This document shows positions 37,801 through 51,500 of a stretch of DNA of 64,000 nt, in pieces. Below the pieces are notes generated by a model. That model was not told the DNA's origin and searched no databases. It saw nothing but the letters and a program-made list of their open reading frames with translations. The number at the start of each line of letters is the position of its first letter. Position 1 is the stretch's first letter. Location: the NCBI GenBank assembly GCA_905178155.1, contig CAJINV010000003.1, positions 8,993,107 to 9,057,106 on the forward strand, in the 5' to 3' direction. The translations under genes were made by a program, and so were the position numbers. Source of the DNA: Amoebophrya sp. A120. Taxonomy: Eukaryota; Protista; Dinoflagellata.

Positions 37801-40800
37801 CAGCGTTGATGTCGCCTTTGCACCAGGACGAGCATCCCCCTCATCTTCAATTTTAGACCGGAGTCCCTCGCGTTGTGTAGTTCCGGGGAAGGTGCTCGTC
37901 GTCTGGTCCTTCGTGTTGCCATCACCTTCACGTCGACTGGTGGTCGCGCTTGGTACGATTTCCGGTCGTACTTGCCGTACTACGCGACCAGCTCCTGGAA
38001 GTGTGCAATTATTCCCAGTCGGTTCTTGGGTCGTGGTAATCGTATCTATGTCAAGAGCATCACCATTCAGATGAAGATTACGAGTGCAAGGTGCCTTGTC
38101 TTGCTCCAGGTCGTCCAGGGTGAACGCGGGAAGAGACTCTTTCTTGCTTTCAACACTGCCCTGTTCAGCGGTGCTCCTAGCAGCACCTGAAGAGTGTGAG
38201 ATTGAGATCGCTCCATCGTGAGAATTCGTCTGCCAAGTGTCGTGGCTTTTGGGTTCGCTTTTCTCGCCTTGCTGTTGTTTATCAAGCGCTGCATTATTTG
38301 TTGCGGCTCGACGTCCTTCACCTCTGCAGAGATCTCGAGGAAAGACGAGCAACTCGCGCTCTAGCCGCGAGACAATCTTTTCTTCATGGGTTAGCGCTTG
38401 CGCGGAAGGTGGCACGTCCTCGTGTACCCGAGTTTTCCACTTTCGGTTGTTCGCCCCTACTTCTGTCTCTTGGCCGACCCGCGACCGCAGCACTGGCGCA
38501 AAGGCAAAAGCTCCACCTCGTGCTCGGTGCAGCAAGGTAAAACGCAATGCGTTCTGGGGGGCGGTCTGCAGAAAAATGCAGACTTTTGTAGCTGGGACCG
38601 GAGTCGCGAACTGACATAGGTGAATCACCAGATCGTTTCGGTTTCTTTTACTTTCCTGTTCTGCAGCTTTATTGAAAGGGACACCTTTAGACCCTCCCGA
38701 AAAATTATCCACATCATCGACGAAGCGACTAGTGGCGAGCAGAACTCTTGCTGTGTTCGGAAAGGCTTGCACGTCCACAGAGGCAATCAGTTCGAGGCTT
38801 TGTTCCCTCCACTCGACGGCGTCCCTTTCTTCTTCTTGCTCACCACGAACGTCGTGCATGTTTCGGTAAATCCGTAAACCCTGCCGGCCTGCGCCCGCGA
38901 CAAAATCCACCTGAAGGACAAGCGTTCTTTCTTTACCCGACTTCAGTGCTTGCTCCTCGTCCTCCTGCTCCAACAACGACCTCGCATCTTTCGCGGAGAA
39001 ATCGTGCGTGAACGACCGCAGCACGACCTGGTGGCGCGGCTTCCGTGAAGAGTTACAACCGTTATCATGATTCTTCGGCTTCGAGATGGGGTAGTTGCGC
39101 TGCTGCCATTCGTCGCACACGCCACGACCCCCGATCGCTTCCTCCGCAAACCGAGTTGCAAAAAAATGCTTCAAAATCAAAGCTGAGCACGATTCATCTT
39201 CATACACAGCAGAGCTGGCAGCGTTTGCTTTGCGGTAGGAAAGACTGTCCTCGTTGCTGGAACCTGCGACAGCTTGGCGAATGGCCGCCTCCCACAAGAT
39301 GCTCAATTTCTGCTTGTTGAGGTGGTGAGTAACACCCTGTGCCCAAAATTCCAGGTTTTGCAAATCACCATGTTCCGCCTCCGATGTTGGTCGTTCACGA
39401 GGATCAGGATCTTTTTCGTCAGGATAGCGCTGGCTCGCCTTTGTCGATGGAGATGACAAATTGCAATGGTTAGACGTAAATCTAGACGCGCCTTTTTCCC
39501 CACGTGCAGCGCAAGTAGCTACCCCAATGTGCACAGGGCCCCGGGGACGGCTTGGCAAAATTGACCCTCCCGTACCCCTACAACCCGCTAGGAAAACGCT
39601 CGTCGCGGCATTTGTCGTCACAAATTCATCTTGATCTTCATCTTCCCTGTTGTCGCTCGCGCTCGCACTTCCCCAACCCTTGCTCTTGCGAGCTAGAAGC
39701 TCCACCTCCCGAAATCCAACAACCTTGCCTGGGTCGCTGGATGGCACAGGTGCCCAAACGGCGGCTGCGCCTGCGCGTCCTGCATTGTTAATCATGCCAT
39801 GTCGTGTCTCATCGCTCGGCTCTACTAGTGCGTCCCGGAGGAGCGCCTGCCGGAAGTTATGTGCGGCGGCTGCGATAAGGGTCGACAAGGAAAACGATCT
39901 TGGTGAGGACAATGCGTCGGCGGATGCCTGCTCTTCTTCGGCCGATTGGAGTGCCAGGCCAAAAAATGGATGCCTCGTTGTCAGCTCATCGATGGCGGAC
40001 GATAAGGTCGTGGTCAACGCGCAGGGAGGAGACGAGTGCCGTTCTACGTCTCTCCGTGATGGTGCTATTTTTTCGACTGCGCTGGCCAAAGATGAAGGAG
40101 CCGGCTCCCGTGTCCAGGTTGTACCACGACTGGTGTCACCGATGTCGTTGAAATACGCTGTAGCTGCAGCAGCAGCCCCTTGTTGCAAGGTTGTTTCGTT
40201 ACCATCAGCTTTTCTAGACGTCGCACAAACGGCCGACGTCGAGGCTTCTTCACCTCGTGAAGTAGAATGCTCATCTGCAATTACATCGCCGGTGTTTGTA
40301 GCAGTCGTAGCATCAATACAATCACTTCTGGAGGTCGTGCTGTGAGCTGTAGTAGCAAGAACTCTTTGATCAGAAATTTCTGTGGCGGAAGATGCTTCTG
40401 AATCCAAAACGCTGCCTAGGATTACAGCCATGTCGGGTAGCACAGCAGCCGAAAAATCATTATTGTACGCCGTCCATGTCGTAGTCGTTCTGCTGCAGCT
40501 CGTCCGCAGTGACTCAAATTTACAGTTGCCACTGTCTTCCGGCCCGTTTACTTGCTCTGTCTCTCGTGTTGTGCACGGATCCATACTGGCAAGGAGCTGT
40601 GCCCACCACCAAAACCGAAGATCCAGTGCAGGATTTTTGTGGTCACCGTCTACCGCGTGCGCATCTACTGCCAACGGACTTCTAAGTCTTCTCGCAATGC
40701 AATTCATTTTTGAGGCCACACTCCGCCGAAAGCTTTCGCCGAGTTCCTCTGGGTAGTGCGCACTTTTACCAATGCCAGGAAGAGACACAGAAGTACCAGC

Positions 40801-43800
40801 AGGCGGTAGCTGGCCATTTGCGCGAGCTGCAGCACCACCTGCTAGCCAAAGCGGCTGCTGTTGCGCTGCGAAATTCTGATGAAATGGTGCAGGCACGACG
40901 GGAGTGCCATCTTCCCGCCCTGCGACCGAGCTACAAGAGGGATCGAGGATGCTCGACCGCCGCGGCAGTTTCACGTAGCGGCTCGGGCTCCCCGTGGCTA
41001 TGTCGTTCACCCTACCGTTCGCCGCCCCTGGCGAGGTTGGCAAATCATGTCGCTGTCGCCGCGTGGCCGCAACAGCGCTGCTTTCGGAATGTAGATCGTC
41101 GACATCAGCAGACCGGTCAAAGGAATCCTCCTCGATATAGGAACTGTGCTCCTGACTCCACGATGAACTTGAGTTGTCTCTTTCCACGTCTCCTGGGTAG
41201 TCTTGTTCGTGGTCGAGGAAGGGGCTGTTGCTGCCCGGCTGCTGCGGTTGCTGTCGGTGCTGCGGTCCAGCTCCAGCGGCAGTTCCCAGGGTAGCGTTCC
41301 CCCGGCCGCCTTCCACCAAATACGCACCAGCATCGTGACAGCCACTACGCCCGGATGCATTTAATGACCGAATCGTCGAGTCGACCAACAGGCAAATGAA
41401 ATAGTACCCCTGATCGGGCGAGAGATGGTATCTTGTTTGCGATCGGCCAGCGGTAGCGTCAGCCGGCAGGAGCCGAGGGTCAACGGCAGCCACATCGTTC
41501 CTCCAGGGCGAAACCGAAAAATCAGAAACTGAAAAAATATCTGAGGCGGGGGCGATCTGCCCGCCAAAAATATTTTCATCATCACGATGTGGCAGTCCTG
41601 GTAAGAAAACGCTTTTGGCAAACCCCACAATACCACTCGTGTGGGTACCGCCAGTCGCTTTCGTGTGAGTTGTCTGCGATGCAGTACCGCCAATCGCTTT
41701 CGTGCAGGACCCTTTGTCTGCGATGGAGGAGCCCGAGGTCGATGGCGACCATTCAACAACAGAAGGAAGGGCGTTGCTTTTCATGGCGGCGTTGGTCTCG
41801 CGCTCGCGCATTCTGAGTCGTATGGGAGTACACAACCCGTCCCGCTCAACATCTTCATTATTTGTCAACATTTTCATCAACAGCAACATCATGCTTCACG
41901 TGTTAATAAAGATAAACAGAAAGCGGAAGCGCTGCCGAGCTTCGTGTTAATAAAAACTCATCTTTCGCGTTCGGGTTCGACGTGACCGCACGGCTACATA
42001 CAGTCCGTCTCGGACCGACGTACTATTACCGCATGATGAATTTGTCAATCTGATGTTGGTGTCCGTCTGTAGCTATCGTTGTGTCCCTTCCTGCTGTTCA
42101 TGCATCGATTAAAATGCGAGCGCGAGCAGGGAGAATTGTGCACTATCGTATGTCTTTCAAGTATCTTAACAGCGTCCGCAATGCAGTTCGTTCTACTTCT
42201 GTTTGTTGCCGGGCGTAGACCGTGTCTGGCGCACGGCTGCTGCTGAGCGACTGGTCGCAATTGCTCAACGTCCACTCCCCGATCATCATGACGCTCCTGT
42301 TGTTCTTCATTTGCCATAATCATCTTGTTCCTGACACTGGAACTACCCAAAAGAGGACTCAGCTGGTAGTCCACGAAGACTTGGCTAGGCCGTCCAGAAG
42401 TAGCTCTCCAAAGGCTACTAATGTTTTCACTCACAGACGAGAGTCGACGCAGAATGCTGATGTCATCCTTATTGGAACCAACGGCATCCGGTGACGGAAA
42501 TGAGCCGGCGGTGAGTCGTGGCCGGGCTCCTGCAAAATCGCACTCAGAAGTGGTCTTGATCGCCGGCAAATATCCAGGGGCCGCGGATCCGCTGAGCTCA
42601 CTGGAATCGGACGCCTTCGGTGACGATTTTGACGCGCATTCGGAAGGACGGCCCCCCAGTGAACGCAGCATTGTGTCAGTGCCTTCTGTGCCGGAGGAGG
42701 AGGAGCTCAGGTATACAAGGCGGTCAGCAAAGGGGTCGTACGCGACTCGTTCCCACGCCGGCGCATGCGCCAAAACAAGCTGGTACAAGCTGTAGCCTCC
42801 CATTGCTGCGCACCTCCCCTCAACCAGAAACAAAGCCTCGCGCACACCATCAGAATCAGTATGAGCCTCCTCGCAACCAGCACCTATGTCGTCGCGGTCT
42901 CGTCTCTCCTGCGCCCGGGACCCAGTTTCTTCTCTCCAGTCCCAAGATGCTTTTTTTTCTATCTTCAAAGTGCAGTGTATGAGATCGACAAGAAAAAGTA
43001 GCTCATCCTCGTCGTGATATGGCGCTCGGGTCGGACGTGGAGTTGCGTACCGGCTCTGCAATATTCTTGGCTTTAAGCCACGCCTGGCCACAAACTTTTT
43101 CTGCAGCATGGGTCGGGATTGGCCACCGACGTCGTTTGGAATCCAGTTTCCGTTTGCGTCAACATACCGACCTGCTGGACCTGACATACTACCACGAAAA
43201 TATCCTTCTCCTGGTGGGTCTGCAAACACCGGCGTCTCGATCTTGTAGACATCCTCGGCTTGCCCGCAGAAATCTCTTTCTACCGTGATTGATGATGAGT
43301 CATGATCTGCAGGAGCTGCAGCACCCTGCTGCTCAGCCCCATGACTCTTCTTTTTCTTGGTCATTACGAACGGCGAGGCTGGTGGCCGCATCTTTACTTC
43401 TGTACAGCTGTCTCCTGTCCGGAAACGTTGCTGCGGATGCCGGAAGTAAATCATGCTGGCTTTCTCGGGTCCAATCTCAAGTGTATCTTCCGCGTCGGCC
43501 AAGAAAGTATGGCCGAGGGCGTACCGGTCAGATATTTCTCTCAGCGCCACAGCCAGTCGCGTCCGCGCTCTTATACGCCCTTGGTCCACCTCGGTTTGCT
43601 TCGAAAGCTCGCCCAGTTTTCTCTTCATAATTTCGTGATCTGCCGCAAAGTCAGAGGCTGAGGTAGATGCGGCACCAGCAGAAGTTCGATTGTATAGGTC
43701 AGCGAGAAAACTCACCGCTCGCGCATTCGCTTTCGCTGTCGCACTCACGTGCTGCTCAGGAGGGTGTGTCGACAGCACGGTCGTCGCCGACATCTTCTGG

Positions 43801-46800
43801 GACGAGTCTATGGATCCACTATTCGCCAAACATGCGTATTTGCATTTGCTCGAAATATTGAAAAATCCTCAATAGATATTGATATGAAACGCCACCCATA
43901 TGAACATACGCCGTACCCTCCAAATCCCCTCCCCAGCTCAGCGCCAGCGAAGCAAGTTCACCATGCGCATGCCCCTACTTCTTTCGCTGTATTCCCATTC
44001 ACTGGCGCAACTACAAAAAGACTAATCGACATCGGTTCACTTCTGGCTCTTTCCCGCATCGCTGACACGGCCGCCAGGGCACAGCCATTCGCTGAGTTAT
44101 CAGTTCCCTGCGCGTCTCAATCAAAGTCGGAAGACAATTTCTAATCCGAAAAATGAAAACAATCAACACCGGAAGGGTTCCAAAAATGAAATCAAGTAGC
44201 CATCTCTGGCCTGGTGAGGCAACACAGAAAAACCCAAGCAACCTCCACACACACCATAGCGCGCGGGCAGTCGGGATATGACGTGGGGGGCCTACCCCTA
44301 CGGCACCCGGGCCACGAAGAAGCGGAGCCCGAAGGCGGAACCGCGGCGCGGAGGTTAATTTGTTTTGGGGGAATTCGGATTCTTTTTGCGATTTTCAGCT
44401 GAGGGACAACATGGCGCGAAAATTTTATTTTGTGAAAAAGCGCGCCGAGAAAATTAAATTTAGGATGTTGGGTGTTTTGACCCAACCTGCGCCGCAGGTT
44501 TGTGCAGGTTGGGTCAAAACACCCAACCTGGCAGCGGTCGAGGAGGTTCGGCCGTTGCCAGAAACGGACAACATTCGCGACGAAAAAACCGTGGCTGTTC
44601 GGAACAGCCGCGGCGTTTTCATCATTTTCTCCGTCGTTGCCGTCTAGCTGAAAAGGCGCGCGCGACCTCGGGACGCTTCAATGCGGAAGCTTTCGTCTTT
44701 ATCAACTCCTTCAAAGACGAAGAAGCCTGCAAATTCCACCACTCCGCTCTGCTGTTTTTGAGTCGTTTCACCAGCAGGGCCGACGAGTTGGATAATATCC
44801 CAAGAAAAAAGTTGCACAATTACACACTGCGTTGCAGGCCAAGCAAGACAGACAAGCTCTGTCATGCCGGATATACATAGGAGCCTAATTTCGTATGTGT
44901 TTTCCCGTAGGATTTCTGCATTGCAGGTTTTCTCTCTCGTGCAGAGAAATTCGCGTTGCTGAATTCACTACAAGTGTGTAACTGCATACACTTTTTTCGT
45001 GGGATAGATAAGAGTGGCGATTCAATACTTATCGAGGAATTTTCAATAAACCGGCCAAATCTAAATACGCAGGTTTGGGTATATCGTGGGTCCATAGCCG
45101 ACATCTTCTGGGACGAGTCGTGCACGTCTTGTTCAATCGTGCCACGCACTACTTGCAACGTACTGTCGCAGTTCTTGTTCGCCTGGAACGCGTCCACTTC
45201 CCAGTTGTCCCTTTCTTCACGGTGATGTTGTAACAGTTGTCGCGCAAGACGAACACCTTCGTGGTCAGCACCCTCCACCTGCAGCAGCGTCGTGAACTTC
45301 TCGTCTTGTTCAACGAGGTCGTTGTCCGCCTCATTTACATTTCCCATCTCCTCAGGCCTTTTGGATTCGCCGGTGCGACCGGAATGCATGCGCAATTCGC
45401 TTCCACCATTTTGTCGCGCGCTCAGCATTGACATTGTACCTGCTCGTCCCTGGTCTGCGATTGTTCTCCGAGCGTGTGCGTCCTCGTCTCTCTGCGATGA
45501 CAAACGCGTCCTCTTTGCCGAATCGTCGTGGATGTTTTGACGCAAAACAGTCAGGCGGTTCTTCAGCCTTGCGATGCGATTGCGCTCTTCGCCAAGTTGT
45601 TCCTCCGCTTGAGTAGAAGTAGATGGCAGGGTCAGCAAGCCTTTCTGTGCAGCTTGTAGCAGCCGTCGGACACGACTTTCGTTCGCGGAAATCTCGTCGT
45701 GATTGTGATTAGGTCTAGTTGTCGTTGTGAGTTGTAACCGGCCTGAGGACCGAGATGTTGAGCTCGGGGTTGACTTTGATTCAGGAAATGAAATAAGCTG
45801 CGTCACTGTTACATACTGGAGCATGCAAGTCAGAACTCTGCGCCTGCTTGCTAGGGTAGGCATGCGCGAGGACGCGGGTCCTCATCTTCATCTTCTTGTT
45901 CTGTGCCTACTTCTCATTAACATGTTTCTCTTTCTTCTTGATGAAACTTGCTTTTCGTCCTGGCCACCAGCAAAAGCAGCCCAGAATATGTGCTATGTAT
46001 GTGATCTATGTGGTCGTGCGCCATAGAAGCAAATCACAGTGATGTAGCCTAATTTATTCGCCTCATAAGACGCGTGTTTTCGTTTTCCTCAGACGTTGTA
46101 TAAAGACGCTCGTACTTTTCCGGGCCGCAGTCGTTGGCTGTTCTCCGGCTGCTTTGCCTTTATCCAACTCCGCAGAGCATCCGCTTCCTGGAGGTCCAAC
46201 TCCCGGGTCGACCTCTTTACCACCTCCATTGGCATTCCTGTCCCCGCGAAGCGGCTCGACCCTCAAATCGAAATCTTCTTCCCCGAGATTTGCAGGACCG
46301 GGCAGCTCCGTTTGCGATTCCGTTTCCTGTGCCGCCATTTTTCGCGTAGACGACATCAGGGACCGGAGCAAGGCGCCAACGCGCTCTCTCAAGTACTCGC
46401 CCGTATCCTGTCGGCTTTTCGAAGTCGTGGAGGAACCCGCGCCATTTTGTAATTGTATATCAAGAACACCTGCCGAGAGTACTGGGAGCTCCTGGTCTGC
46501 AGGTGGACCACGTGGTCCACTCCAAGACGATGTTAGCAATTGTGAAAACCGCCTCAAGTGCCGTATGTCATCAGATGGGACCGCACCTGCAGTCAGTAAA
46601 GAGAACAAAGAACGTGTCCTCCACCGTAATGCGTCTTCGTCAAGCTTCTTGCTCCCGCTCGCGGTTTCCTTGAATCCCACTTCGGCCACCTGGTTTTCGA
46701 TTCAAATTTATATTTTTTCTATATGCAATTGAAATTACTGGTCCCGCTCACGTCCGTGTTTCTGCACTTCTTTATTAGCTACAAACGCGCAAAACGAAAA

Positions 46801-47515
46801 CGGATCAACGTCTAACAACTAGTATGCAAAAGCAAATGCATTGTTTGATTATATAATTTCTTCGTAGTTTGTACATGGGTTACTCGTCGATACTGTTAGG
46901 GAAGCTTCGAGGGCTTACCGCAGATGAAGGGCACTGGTGTTGGCGAGCTTCACGATCACCACAAGATCTAGTTCGCACCATACAGCTTGTGCGTTCGATC
47001 TCAACCTCGGGGCCGCGATTATTTGCATTTCCCGTCGTCCCCGCGGCCGCTGGTAGTGCTGGCCTGAATTTTTCTGCTGAAGAATGTTGGATCGCACACT
47101 GACCTAGTACACCAAATTGACGATGTTCGCGTTGCTGCGGAAGATCATCACCGGCTGCACTTTGGAGCTCGGGCGCAGATCCTGCTCCCTTGCTTGTCCG
47201 ACCTTCACCATCATAATTCTGCCGGGAACAATGTTGTACAGTGTAGGTACTGGTTTTAGCCTGCGGCGCCAGCTGCAGAGAATCCGTGTCAACATACCCA
47301 TGGTCGCGAGCCTGGGCCGTCGCAACATCAGGCTTCTCTTGGCCTTGGAGACCGCCCGTCGAGCTCACCTGATGGAGACCGTCCTCGAAAACGCAAACAG
47401 ATTTTTCATTTCTTTGTTTTCGCCTGTGTTCCGCCTGCCGCAGGAATGCTTCCAATCTTGCGCCTGGAGGATTTCCTGCCTTCTTCGGACCCAGCGAGGT
47501 TGTCATCATTACCGA
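34886..47515 (-). CDS. Giant multi-exon hypothetical protein (>3000 aa if a single gene) with a possible LamG/concanavalin-like domain
   Basis: The ORFs at 46880, 46063, 44862, 42045, 36973, 36495 and 34886 are co-directional. Four junctions are bridged in frame by TIR/direct-repeat introns and one by GT-AG (gcg|gtaagc...ccag|gtg). The junction at 45.8-46.1 kb and both ends are unresolved. Confidence 0.55.
36248..36525. mobile_element. Probable decayed introner, 278 bp
   Basis: Perfect CCATA direct repeats and CAT...ATA termini, but a poor inverted repeat. Removing 283 nt gives HGNF-YGKLAGLFLL in frame. A GT-AG alternative also exists. Confidence 0.5.
36835..37184. mobile_element. TIR introner, about 350 bp, same TIR family as 17963 and 41821
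   Basis: TATGCGAGTGCACAAC ... GTTGTGCAGTCGCATTCCCATA with flanks TGCCG/TTCTG. Removing 355 nt gives VQILI-GTDQESNPG in frame. The right end could instead be 37178, which is also in frame. Confidence 0.8.
41821..42150. mobile_element. TIR introner, 330 bp
   Basis: TATGGGAGTACACAAC ... ATTGTGCACTATCGTA with flanks AGTCG/TGTCT. Removing 335 nt gives VKILE-RLRMRE in frame. Confidence 0.8.
43809..45096. mobile_element. Large TIR introner, 1288 bp, with about 85-bp imperfect TIRs and a perfect 23-bp flanking duplication
   Basis: TATGGA(T/C)CCAC...CCAAAC(A/C)TGCGTATTT...TATTGAAAA(A/T)TCCTC is present at both ends. GCCGACATCTTCTGGGACGAGTC lies at 43786-43808 and 45097-45119. Confidence 0.92.
44467..44527. 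repeat. Perfect 24-bp stem hairpin inside the large element
   Basis: GTTGGGTGTTTTGACCCAACCTGC, a 13-nt loop, then GCAGGTTGGGTCAAAACACCCAAC. Confidence 0.9.
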
Positions 47516-48582
47516 CCTTAAAAATGTTAGACCTGGCGCTGGCCTTACCGACGTTGCAATTGATATGATTTAGACCAAGATTATGAACTTGAACCTTCAA
47601 AAGCTGCAACCTTGACCATTTATTATCGGAGACCACACACGTAACCTCTACGAAGGACACGGACAGAGACAAACGCGCGAAGGCATAGAACAAGCAACGA
47701 CCTTCTGCTATCAGAATGAGAGCCACATATTCCGACAACGCAAGTCGCTATGATATTTCATTTTGTGCTTCTTGGAGGGTTATTTCCACTTTTTTGTTTT
47801 TATTTCACCACTTCCCGTGGTCGTTCATTGATTATGGTCATGCCTGTGCATCCACCGTCTGACGTGAACCACTCAACTCAGGATCTCTTTGGATGCCGGA
47901 GTTTGAGCTTGTCGCGATTTGTATTTCACTGAAATTTCGAATGTCGTATTTTTAGACCGAGCCCTCATCATCTCGCTCTACTAGTACTAAGTCAGACTCA
48001 GATACGACCCATTCGTGTGTCGATATATACTTTTGCTTCGCATGCCAGGCGCCACTACCAGTGTTCTCTTCACGCCACAAGAGCGTCTATCTACGTCTCG
48101 AAATAGATAATAATGCAACAAACAGATAAAGTAAGTAAAAACAAGATCAAGAGCGGATCTGGCGGACACTACGTGGACCAAATGTAATTTAGAAGAGTTC
48201 GACGAAGTAGTCAGTAGACAGCTATCTATAGCAAACACAACGAAAATTATGCGGCTTGTAGAGACCTTAATATTTTCGGTGCCAAAATCTACATGTGCTC
48301 AATTTGTGTGCGCCGTCAGACAACCTCCAACGAGCAAAAGAACTGCAGCAATTCTATCGCCAGCCGGCAGCGAAGGCGACGCAATCGCCAAATTAAAAAA
48401 GTACTACTGATACACAAGACGTAAGAGTCTTCTACACAGGAAGCAGAACTAGGCACGAGAAGTGCACCACTGTCGCAATAATAGAGATATTTTGTATTGG
48501 GAGACGGAGAGCCTAGGTCCCCGCCATGATGACAAAACGCTAGTGATACACTCACAGGAGGGGCCTCCTCGTCGCTTTCACA

Positions 48583-51500
48583 TCATGCGGCGACTTGGAG
48601 TGTGAGTCGAGGCGCGATGCTCATAGTCATGAGCTCCTGAAAGAGAAGCTTCGCCGCGTACGGGAGTGTAATCTGCGAAACTTTCCCTTTGGAGCGGCAC
48701 AGCTTGCACTGGTAGACGTCGTTTTCGATATTTCCGATTGCAAACAAACCGCAATTGTCGCAGCAATGTAAGCGGAATGCGTCGGAAACATCGAAGAGCC
48801 GCTCCTTCAGAAATTTGGCGGCTCCATGCGAGATCATGCAGTCACGTTCCATCTCCCCGAACCGCAACCCACCTTGTTTACCACGACCTTCCTGTGGCTG
48901 TCGTACCAGTTGCGTCACCGGACCCCGGGCGCGACTGTGGATCTTATCCGCCACCATGTGCTTCAGTCGTTGGTAATAGACAGGCCCAATGAAGATCTGT
49001 TGTTGATTTTAGAAGCAAACGGTCTCGTCTTCGTTGAAATTCAAGTGCTCAAACTTACCAGACCAAAGACGAAACAATTACGACTCGTGTAAGTAGTTTT
49101 CTCTTCTTCAAACATAAAGAAGCAGGAGACCTAGAGCCAACTGTGACTAATATCAGAAACAAAGACAAACATAAACCACGGAGGAAGAGGATACATCCTA
49201 CAATCAGATAAAGAAAAAGCAGTACCTTTGCGGGCAGTGGCTTTCCTGTATGGCCTACGTAGAGCTGTTCGTTGCCGTACCTCTGGAAGCCGAGTTCGTG
49301 CAGGCGACTGGCGACATCACGCACTGTCACTTTTGTGAAGGGTGTGGCGTCACCCTCACCTCCGGCTAGGGAGCCCACCTTGGACAGAAGCTGTTCAACC
49401 AAGTGGCCCACGGTCATGCGCGAAGGAATCGCGTGCGGGTTCATGATAATGTCCGGCACAACTCCATCTCGGGTGAACGGCATGTCCTCCTGGCGAAACA
49501 GAATCCCGCAGGTACCCTTCTGTCCGTGTCGGGACGCGAACTTGTCTCCGACCTCCGGAATCTTGTACGTGCGAACCTTGACCTTAGTAAAACGAAACCC
49601 GTCCTTGTTCGTGGACAGAATAACCTCGTCCACCACTGCCGTCTCAGCTGGTCGCATGCACACACTGCAGTCCTTCTTTTTCGCCGGCAAGGGTTCATTC
49701 GTTTGCCCGTCAAACTCCGGCTCCAGATCCTGCGTCATACCGATAACCACGTCGTCCCCGAACAGCCGGCCGCCTGGTGTTGCAGGTAGTTATCGCATTT
49801 TTACGACTTTGACCTCCTCGCTAATTCTATAAATATCCGTATCATTCATCTTTTTTTCTCTATCTCTTGCTCTCTTCCCAGCAGTTCCTCTTCGACACCG
49901 TACTTACACATTCACATTCATCTGAGAAAAAAACAAACAAATCATGCTTGGCAGGTTGTAGAACTACGGCTGCGACGACGACGACGAGGCAGTGTAGAAG
50001 TAGAGCTGCCGGGGCGATTTCTTTTTTTTACATCATTCTTTTCTTGTACCTGGCAATGCAAGACCGTCATCGTCCAACTTGGAGTAATCACCCTGCTTTC
50101 GGCCCGTAATGCGCACGGGTTCACCCGCCGCGTCGATGATTTCGCTTGAAGGGTTTTCAAACACCGTGTTCAAATTTCCTTTGCGCTCCTGTTCGGCAGC
50201 GTAACTTCGAAAAAACACCGACCGGAACATGCCTCGGTCGACAGAGCTCTGGTTCAGAATCAGACTATCCTCTTGGTTGTAACCTGGTTGTTCGTGCCAT
50301 GTTTTTGTTTGCAACTTCAATAATCATAGAAACTTTTTGTTTCAACTATACCATAGAAGAGAAGAAAATGTTGCCTGCAATTGTCTTCAACTTCTTGTGT
50401 AGTTTGTAGGAACCTAGTTTCATAATTCATTGCTTCAGTCTACTTCAGTTTATTTTTCTCGTCTCTTAGAGGAATTCCGAAAGGGCAAAATTAGGTTTTG
50501 TTTCGATATGTGCATTCGGGTACCTGAGTAGCACATGATCGCGACGGTGACATTGTTTCCTGCGGGAAGCTGCCGAAACCTGAGGTAGTTCATGGCTCGC
50601 GTCCCCACAAGCGGCTTTTGGGGGTAACAGAGCACGTTCGCGAGCGTGTCGACGCGCTGGTTGAAGTTGGTGGCAAACACACCGAGGGCCTGCTTGCCCA
50701 TGGCACTCTGGTAGCAGTTTCGGGGCGACTGGTTGTGGTCTGGAAAAGGGATGATACTTGCGCAGATAGAGAAAATCATCGAGGGATGGATCTCGCAGTG
50801 CGTAAACGTGCGGCAGTATGCGCGGTCATCGTTCACATTGTGGACAAACATCGCAATCATTGCGTTCTCCGTTTCCTCACAATCGATGTACTCCACCAGA
50901 CCCTTTTCAATCAAGTTCCCCCATCGGAGCCTGCCGTTCTTTAATTCCTGGATGTGGTGCCTCCGGATGGCGAGGCTCTGTAATTATGGTTAGATAGATG
51001 ATATATAATTTAGGTATTAATTTTGTATTCATTTCATTTGTTCTCGAAGAAATTCAAGCAAATGCAAACAGCAAATGAGAGGTGCAGCTTACTATTGATG
51101 TATAAACGAAAACAGAAACTGTACCTGTGCTTTTTCGTTTACAACGTAAAGCGGACGCATGGCGCGCCCTGCGTCCGTGAATATTTTGATTTCGCGGTTT
51201 GCCATATCTGTGACGATGGACACCTCGGACTCAAAGTCCAGTCGCCGCTTACTCGTCAGCAGGCGGCGAAAGAGGTCGGCCTGTCGAGAGTGTACCCCGG
51301 CCCACTGTCCGTTCAGGAAAACCTTGCAGTAAGTCTTGATCTCCGTTGGGAGAACGTCTTCCAATTCTTCCACGCCCCACTCCTTCAGGAAATCCAGAAT
51401 CACGGACTGTGGCGAACCAATAGTGATGTTGCACATCAGCGAGATGTTTTTCACTAACCCGACGGCCTGGCCCTCGGGCGTCTCGGCTGGGCACACCATA

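Noticed and set aside
45790-46110. Introner at the unresolved junction of the giant gene
   Set aside because: The TAT/ATA candidates lack arm complementarity, and GT-AG solutions are possible.
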